NCBI GenBank assembly: GCA_964462535.1
Contig: CAYWXV010000001.1
Location: forward strand, 354,175-418,174
Reading direction: 5' to 3'
DNA from: an uncultured Alphaproteobacteria bacterium
GTDB lineage: Bacteria > Bacteroidota > Ignavibacteria > OLB7
Length of the DNA stretch: 64,000 bases
Shown: positions 58,288-64,000 of the stretch, piece after piece
Layout: each line of letters opens with the position of its first letter
How positions within the stretch are numbered: the first letter of the stretch is position 1
Notes under the pieces: generated by a model
What the model saw: the letters and a program-made list of their open reading frames with translations, nothing else
The model's database searches: none
What the model was told of the DNA's origin: nothing
Translations under genes and position numbers: made by a program

Positions 58288-60132
58288 ATGATGCGACCCA
58301 GAGGGGCTGCTGACAACGCGCCAGTAGCTCGATTCACGCTATCCCGCGAATCGCTTTCCGGAGCACGATTCCTGTTGGGATTCCTTGCACCCTACAAGTG
58401 GCGCTTCACGCTCGCGATACTCGCGTTGCTGGGATCATCACTCGCGGGATTGGCCTTCCCTGCAATGACAGGGATGATGATTGACGCCGCTACGCACAGG
58501 CATGAGTCGATCTTCGGTGGCCTGGGTGGGGTCACGCTCGTCTTTCTGGGCATCCTGGGCGCACAGGCCCTGCTCGGGTTCCTCCGTGTCTACCTGAGTA
58601 CAATGGTCGCGGAGCGCGTCATTGCCGACATCCGTTTGCGGCTGTACGCCCGGCTGCTGAAGATGTCCATGACCTTCTTCCACACGCATCGAGTTGGTGA
58701 GTTGACGAGCCGGCTGGGGTCGGACGTGGCGCAGGTCCAGTTCATGATTACGACGGCGCTCGCCGAGTTAATGCGCCAGACAATTCTCCTGATCGGTGGC
58801 ATTGCGCTGGTCACGTGGATCTCACCGCGACTAACGCTGGTCGTGGCTGTGGCAATCCCAATTGTGGTGGTTGTCGCCGTACTCTTTGGTCGACTCTTGC
58901 GCAAGGCCGGACGGAAGATTCAGGACCTCTACGCCAACCTCAATACTGTGGCGGAGGAGACATTCCAGGGCATCGCCGCAGTCAAGGCGTTTACGGCGGA
59001 ACGCCAGGAAACAGAGCGATACGGAAGCACGATTCGGTCAATTATTGCCCTCTCTGTTCGAATGGCCGCCGCCAGGGGTGGGTTCGCCGCCTTTATATCG
59101 TTCGTCCTGTTCGGTGGCGTCGTGGGCATTGTCTGGTACGGCGGCCGCATGGTGGTTGATGGCGCGCTCTCGATCGGTGAGTTGACGTCCTTTGTACTCT
59201 ACGCTCTCTTCGTCGGAGCAGCTATGGGGAGCTTTGCGGATCTCTACGGTTCGTTTCAAGGAGCGCTTGGAGCAAGTGAACGAATCCGCGCACTCTTCAA
59301 CGACGAGACAGAGCGCCTTGACGAGCAAGGGGACGAGATTACTCACGGAACGATCGCGTACCGCGACGTCTCGTTCGCGTATCCAACCCGGCCCGATACG
59401 CAGGTCGTCGACGGAGTGTCGTTCCACGTGGATGCTGGGCGGAGCATCGCACTGGTGGGACCGTCAGGGTCAGGCAAGTCGACCGTCGCCTCGCTGCTAA
59501 TGCGATTTCATGAACCGACGTCGGGGACCATCCTTGTGGACGGGATGAATGCGTCGGACTATCGGCTGGAATCGTACCGCAAGGGAATTGCAATCGTCCC
59601 GCAGGACGTCTTTCTGTTCGGTGGGAGCATCGAGGAGAACATCCGCTATGGGAAACCAGGTGCGTCCGAGGGCGATGTGGTGGCCGCTGCCGAAATGGCG
59701 AACGCACTGGAGTTCATCAACAGACTTCCAGACGGTTTCGGGACTATCGTCGGCGAGCGTGGAGTGCAACTGTCGGGGGGACAACGACAGAGAATTGCAA
59801 TAGCGCGTGCGATCCTGAAGGATCCCAGGGTTCTGATTCTGGACGAGGCAACGAGTTCGTTGGATTCCGAGTCGGAGCGACTGGTTCAGCAGGCACTTGA
59901 CAGAGCGGCAACGGGCCGAACCACGATCATCATTGCTCACAGGCTTAGCACTGTGCGCAATGCTGACACCATTGTGGTGATGCGAAGCGGGCGTGTAATC
60001 GAACGTGGTGCGTATCGGGAGTTGATTGAGGCTGGAGGGGTCTTCGCCCGGCTCGTTGCCCTACAGACCGATGACAACGGGGACGACCTGGATACCACGG
60101 TACTCGAGGACAGGTCTGGCGCGACAGGATGA
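58288..60132 (+). CDS. ABC transporter ATP-binding protein/permease (MsbA-like exporter)
   Basis: Six-TM domain followed by an NBD with Walker [10 protein letters not shown], signature LSGGQRQRIAIARA and Walker B ILILDEATS. Confidence 0.85.
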   Translation: MMRPRGAADNAPVARFTLSRESLSGARFLLGFLAPYKWRFTLAILALLGSSLAGLAFPAMTGMMIDAATHRHESIFGGLGGVTLVFLGILGAQALLGFLRVYLSTMVAERVIADIRLRLYARLLKMSMTFFHTHRVGELTSRLGSDVAQVQFMITTALAELMRQTILLIGGIALVTWISPRLTLVVAVAIPIVVVVAVLFGRLLRKAGRKIQDLYANLNTVAEETFQGIAAVKAFTAERQETERYGSTIRSIIALSVRMAAARGGFAAFISFVLFGGVVGIVWYGGRMVVDGALSIGELTSFVLYALFVGAAMGSFADLYGSFQGALGASERIRALFNDETERLDEQGDEITHGTIAYRDVSFAYPTRPDTQVVDGVSFHVDAGRSIALVGPSGSGKSTVASLLMRFHEPTSGTILVDGMNASDYRLESYRKGIAIVPQDVFLFGGSIEENIRYGKPGASEGDVVAAAEMANALEFINRLPDGFGTIVGERGVQLSGGQRQRIAIARAILKDPRVLILDEATSSLDSESERLVQQALDRAATGRTTIIIAHRLSTVRNADTIVVMRSGRVIERGAYRELIEAGGVFARLVALQTDDNGDDLDTTVLEDRSGATG

Positions 60133-60156
60133 CGTTGGGTCTTGTTTGATGGGCTT

Positions 60157-60185
60157 TTGCCGTGCGACGGTTCCGGGGTTATATT
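60157..60185 (+). promoter_or_regulatory. sigma70-like promoter candidate for tRNA-Ser (-35 TTGCCG, 17 nt spacer, -10 TATATT)
   Basis: TTGCCG at 60157..60162, a 17-nt spacer, and TATATT at 60180..60185. The tRNA 5' end is 18 nt downstream of the -10. Confidence 0.4.
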
Positions 60186-60202
60186 GAACCACTCAAGCGC
60201 TT

Positions 60203-60284
60203 GGAGGGCTCGCATAATGGTATTGCAGCGGTCTTGAAAACCGCCGGGCGCAAGCCTGTGGGGGTTCGAGTCCCTCGCCCTCCG
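60203..60284 (+). tRNA. tRNA-Ser (anticodon TGA)
   Basis: Hand fold: acceptor ggagggc/gccctcc, D-arm, anticodon stem gcggt/accgc with loop cuUGAaa (U33, A37), a 15-nt variable arm (type II), T-arm ggggg-ttcgagt-ccctc, discriminator G. CCA is not encoded. Lies inside the N-terminus of ORF 60162..60956. Confidence 0.85.
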
Positions 60285-60347
60285 CTCCTGTTTTCCAAAG
60301 ATTCCGTCGCGTCAATCCCGACGCCAGTTCACGCTTACATTCTCCGA

Positions 60348-60956
60348 GTGCCAATTCGCTCCATCGCGGCCGAAGTCGTCTGCAGACTCCGATCCCTCTC
60401 GCCCATCCTTCTCCTTTGTGTAGCACTTACCGTTTCCGGCTGCCTGACAGCTCAACGGAAGACCATGAGCTACACCATCAACCCCGATGGTTCCGGCACC
60501 GGCCGAATCGTCTTCCAGAATCTCATGTCGATGGAGGCGGGGGACGGTGATGTTAGCGTGCAGGACTATGGCGAGCTCATCACCTCGTACGTCCAGGGAA
60601 ACCGGTTCGGAGAGACAAACCCCGGACTTGACAGCATCGCCACCAGGCTCTTCGAAAAGGATGGGGCGCTGTTTGGCGAGGTGACCTTCACGTTTACCTC
60701 GTACAACGCTGTTGGCCTCTATCGCTTCAATGGATTGGGCCCCTTCATGTTCCATGTGGGCAGTACGTCGGACGTCACGACTGAACGATTTGAGTCAAGC
60801 AACGGCACACTGGGCGGCGACAAAATGCCGGTTGTGTTCTGGCCCGATACGACGACCTCCTTCACAGTTGTCGCTAGTATACAGGAGCCCGAACCTGACA
60901 CGCATTCGCTCCTTCCGCTCTATCGACGGTACGGCCTGAAAGGCGCGGACAAATGA
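60348..60956 (+). CDS. hypothetical lipoprotein
   Basis: The ORF-track N-terminus (60162) runs through the tRNA. The in-frame GTG at 60348 gives a lipoprotein signal (PIRSIAAEVVCRLRSLSPILLLCVALTVSGC). The start is uncertain; an ATG at MSYTINPDG is also possible. Confidence 0.45.
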   Translation: MPIRSIAAEVVCRLRSLSPILLLCVALTVSGCLTAQRKTMSYTINPDGSGTGRIVFQNLMSMEAGDGDVSVQDYGELITSYVQGNRFGETNPGLDSIATRLFEKDGALFGEVTFTFTSYNAVGLYRFNGLGPFMFHVGSTSDVTTERFESSNGTLGGDKMPVVFWPDTTTSFTVVASIQEPEPDTHSLLPLYRRYGLKGADK

Positions 60957-61762
60957 CGATCAGTTCGTTCATCAGCCTGATTCAGAGCGAGCTACCCCTC
61001 CAAATGGCCATGGCGGACGACCCCGTAGGGACCCAGCTCCTCCCCGACGACCGGCCCGTCTCCCGCGTCGCGGCCGTCTATGAGATCGACGACCATGTTG
61101 CGGCTCTAGCCATCCAACGGCAGGTCGACCTCCTTGTCGTGTTTCACCCGCTCATTTACGAAGGGCTGACGACAATTGGACAGAAGACTCGTGTCGAAAG
61201 GGTAGTCGTGGATTTGATCCGGGCTGGCGTGGCGGTATATGTGGTGCACACCGCATTCGACTCCCACCCGGCCGGGACGAGCTTCCTGCTCGCCTCAGAA
61301 CTTGGCCTGGAGGGTATTGAGCCGCTTTTACCTGACGATCGTCATCCAGGATGGGGCATGGGCTCAATGGGATGGCTCGCCGAACCGTTGCCACTGACCG
61401 AGGTTGCAGATCTCGTGCGGCGAACATGCGGCGCATCAGCCGTCAAGTACTCACGCGGGACGCGATTCCGGGATGACTACGAAGTGCGGCGCATAGCGTG
61501 CGTCGGCGGTAGCGGAATGTCATTGTACGGTGAGGCCGTCCGACGTGGAGCGCATGCGTTCGTGACCGCGGACGTTCGATACCACGCGTTCCACTCCGCC
61601 AACGATGCCATTCCGGTCATCGATCCTGGGCATGCCGAGTCTGAACGCTTTGTCGTATCGGGTCTCCACGAGTTACTCGCTCGTATCATCCATACTTCGG
61701 AGGTCGGCATTGAACTCGTGACAGTCGAGGCGCACACGAACCCTGTGAATGTGGTCGCGTGA
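60953..61762 (+). CDS. Nif3-like dinuclear metal center protein (YqfO family)
   Basis: VVFHPLIYEG...GVAVYVVHTAFDSHPAGTS...HAESE pattern typical of NIF3/GTP cyclohydrolase 1 type 2 homologs. Confidence 0.8.
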   Translation: MTISSFISLIQSELPLQMAMADDPVGTQLLPDDRPVSRVAAVYEIDDHVAALAIQRQVDLLVVFHPLIYEGLTTIGQKTRVERVVVDLIRAGVAVYVVHTAFDSHPAGTSFLLASELGLEGIEPLLPDDRHPGWGMGSMGWLAEPLPLTEVADLVRRTCGASAVKYSRGTRFRDDYEVRRIACVGGSGMSLYGEAVRRGAHAFVTADVRYHAFHSANDAIPVIDPGHAESERFVVSGLHELLARIIHTSEVGIELVTVEAHTNPVNVVA

Positions 61763-61819
61763 TAAGCAGTATTTGAAAAAGTAGAATCTAGCCAGCTTAC
61801 TATTCGGAGGCACAACATC

Positions 61820-62545
61820 GTGGAAGAAGAACTTCGTGCGCTCTACCGACTCCAGCAGGTCGACCTTGAACTCGACGAGCTGAACGACGGTGGAAACGAC
61901 CTTGGCGAAGAGATCGCGGTTCTCGAGAGGAAAGTCAACGACCTGACAACCCTCCTGGGAACTGAGGAAGCGAAGCTCAAGGAGATTCGTTCGGCGCGCG
62001 CAAATGAGGTAACGACGATCGCCGACTTGCGCGAACGCCTGCGAAACCTCAACGAACGTTTGCGAACTGTGCGCAATAACAAAGAGTACGAGGCGACGAC
62101 GAACGAAATCGCGGCCACCGAGCAGGAGATTGCCGCACTGGAACGGACTGCCGTAACGGGCAACACGCTCGAGGCGAATGCGATTCGTGAAATCGAATCC
62201 ATCTCGAAACAGAAGGAAGAGGCGAACGCGGAGCTTGAAGAGAAGCGCGAAATGCTGTCGACGATTCAGTCCACGCACGCGGATGAGATCGCAGCCCTTC
62301 AGGCCGCGCGCGCGGAGGCGTTGGGGGTCGTCACGGACGAGGTGATGAAGCGTTATGATTTCGTCCGCACGGCCCATCCGGATGCGGTCGTTCGAGTGCG
62401 TAAGGGGGCTTGTTCCGGTTGTTACCGAGCGCTTCCTCCTCAGATGCTCGTTGAGATGCGCAGGCTGGAGCGGCTCTTCACTTGTGAGCATTGTGGCCGC
62501 ATTGTCATTGACGAAGATGTCGCGGCCTCGGTGACCGTGGAGTAG
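61820..62545 (+). CDS. zinc-ribbon domain protein with coiled-coil (COG1579-like Nif3 partner)
   Basis: GTG start after a GGAGG RBS. ~200 aa of coiled-coil, then a C4 ribbon (CSGCYRALPP...CEHCGRIV). This gene family is commonly found next to nif3. Confidence 0.75.
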   Translation: MEEELRALYRLQQVDLELDELNDGGNDLGEEIAVLERKVNDLTTLLGTEEAKLKEIRSARANEVTTIADLRERLRNLNERLRTVRNNKEYEATTNEIAATEQEIAALERTAVTGNTLEANAIREIESISKQKEEANAELEEKREMLSTIQSTHADEIAALQAARAEALGVVTDEVMKRYDFVRTAHPDAVVRVRKGACSGCYRALPPQMLVEMRRLERLFTCEHCGRIVIDEDVAASVTVE

Positions 62546-62579
62546 GTTGCTGCAACGGCTTAGCGGTAGTGAACGTGGT

Positions 62580-63012
62580 GTCGGAGTCGGTCGGGCAGTC
62601 GCCCGGTTGGGCATCGAGCGCAATCGGGAGGAACGTCCGAACTCCAGGGGCAGCGTGCCGGCTAACGGCCGGGCGTCCAATCCGGGTGTGCCACGCGCAC
62701 GCACGGAGAGACGACGGAAAGTGCAACAGAAAACATACCGCCTCCTTCGGCAACGCTTGGGGGTAAGGGTGAAATGGCGAGGTAAGAGCTCACCGCGTCA
62801 ACGGTAACGTTGGCGGCATTGCAAACCCCACGCGGAGCAAGGCCAAATAGGGTGTCGTAATGAGGACCGCCCCCTTCTTCGTCCGGCCTTTGCGGCTGGC
62901 CGAACGGCACCGGGTAGGCTGCTCGAGGCCGCGAGCAATCGTGGTCCCAGATACATGACTGCCTCCGGGTACGCGCACGACGCGTCTCGCAGACAGAATT
63001 CGGCGTACAGAC
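62580..63012 (+). ncRNA. rnpB: RNase P RNA, bacterial type A
   Basis: Conserved blocks are present: gggaggaacgtccgaactcc (P4 5' strand), acagaaaacataccgcc, gggtaagggtgaaatggcgaggtaagagctcaccg, caaaccccacgcggagcaaggccaaatagggt, and agacagaattcggcgtacagaccggcttcgac (P4 3' strand plus P1). P4 shows compensatory changes (CCGAA/TTCGG against E. coli CCGGG/CCCGG). The P1 strands gtcggagtcggtc and gaccggcttcgac pair with each other. All overlapping ORFs on both strands are short and low-complexity. Confidence 0.85.
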
Positions 63013-63084
63013 CGGCTTCGACACTTCTTTGTTCTGGTTCGCGGCGGTAGTTGGAACACTCCCGCGATCACCAACCACCTACCC

Positions 63085-63951
63085 CTATTGAGTTTCTTCC
63101 AGGCCGCCAAGCTCTGTGCCAACACGCATGGCGGTCGCACGCGCGAGAGCAAGCGCCAGGGGAAGCCACTCGGGTGCACGACGTTCAATCGCCTCTATGT
63201 GGCCACGAACCACCTCCGTGTCACCTCTCACAATCGGACCGGTTATCGCCCCCCTCCCTCCAACCTCAACAGCGTTACGATTGACCTGTTCGACAAACGA
63301 GGCTACGACCTCCCTCGCGGTCGCGGAATCAATTCCGGCACGTACGTACAGGTCGTGCGCCATCGTAACTAGCAAGGCCACATAGTTGGACGAGACAGAC
63401 GCAGCGGCGTGATAGAGCTCTCTATCCGCGTCACGCACTCGTATCAATCGCGGCCGCATTGGACCAAGAACGTCGTTCACTCGCTCAAGTGCGGCATCGT
63501 CGATTTCGCTGGAGATTCCCCAGAATAGGTCTTCGGGAATGGGGGCGTTTCCAGAAAAAGTTCCGTTGGGGTGTACGACCGCAGTAACGCTTCCGAGGTT
63601 CGCGAGTGCAAGCATCGCTTTCGCCGTTCCGGCCCCACTGGAGTGCATTATCAGACGACCGCTCCAGTCCAACGGAACTCTTGACAATTCGTCCGCAACA
63701 CCTGCGATCAGTCGATCCTGGACTAGAATCCAGGCAGTGTCGAAGTCGATATTGCGAAGGGAGTCCAATGCATCGATGACGCGGATGGAGTCCGACGGGT
63801 CCCCGTTTCTCAGGGTCGCCCCGGGACGCACGACAACCCCAACGACGAGATTGGGGATGGTTCGCATTAGCGCCCGGGCAAGGCGCCCTGCTCCAATCAG
63901 AACCACGCGAGGTCGCGGATTAACAGTCATTCCGTTACACATTTGTGTCAA
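63085..63951 (-). CDS. Rossmann-fold protein, DUF2520-like putative oxidoreductase
   Basis: N-terminal dinucleotide-binding motif VVLIGAGRLARAL. The remainder has an alpha-helical dimerisation-domain-like pattern. Weak family assignment. Confidence 0.4.
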   Translation of the reverse strand: MTQMCNGMTVNPRPRVVLIGAGRLARALMRTIPNLVVGVVVRPGATLRNGDPSDSIRVIDALDSLRNIDFDTAWILVQDRLIAGVADELSRVPLDWSGRLIMHSSGAGTAKAMLALANLGSVTAVVHPNGTFSGNAPIPEDLFWGISSEIDDAALERVNDVLGPMRPRLIRVRDADRELYHAAASVSSNYVALLVTMAHDLYVRAGIDSATAREVVASFVEQVNRNAVEVGGRGAITGPIVRGDTEVVRGHIEAIERRAPEWLPLALALARATAMRVGTELGGLEETQ

Positions 63952-64000
63952 TTGCGGATCGTGCGAAACACCTAACTTTGCCGCTTGTTTGTCGGAGCCG

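Noticed and set aside
62547-63188. Four overlapping ORFs (62547..62807, 62569..62766, 62662..63078, 62790..63188)
   Set aside because: They tile the RNase P RNA gene, and their translations are low-complexity.
1-64000. Search for CRISPR arrays, integrases, transposases and phage genes, especially next to the tRNA-Ser
   Set aside because: No direct-repeat arrays or mobile-element genes were seen. Genes flanking the tRNA are housekeeping (ABC exporter, nif3).

Overview
High-GC (~60%) bacterial chromosomal segment with dense coding on both strands and no obvious mobile elements or CRISPR arrays. Five proteins end in type-IX-secretion (T9SS, Por) C-terminal sorting domains, which places the source in the Bacteroidota/FCB superphylum (high GC suggests Rhodothermota-like, unverified). 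Most genes are housekeeping: ftsK, purF, nadC, ruvB, etfBA, livJHMGF, dnaE, ssb, miaA, pcm, cdaA, phoH, a MacAB-TolC-like efflux operon, a fused 2-oxoacid dehydrogenase E1, an MsbA-like exporter, Nif3 and a zinc-ribbon partner. Two RNA genes are missing from the ORF track: an RNase P RNA at 62580..63012 and a tRNA-Ser(TGA) at 60203..60284. The most interesting locus is a ~12 kb co-directional minus-strand cluster at 3801..15683. From upstream to downstream it encodes a Tat-signal Rieske-like protein and two tandem paralogous octaheme c-type cytochromes, all three carrying T9SS C-terminal domains. These are followed directly by an unusual System I cytochrome c maturation operon: ccmB, a ccmC fused to a CcmE-like OB domain, a tiny ccmD, two different ccmE paralogs, then ccmF, then a Fur-family regulator and a hypothetical gene. 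I read this as a candidate T9SS-exported extracellular or outer-surface electron-transfer module with its own heme-handling machinery. That is inference from sequence only.
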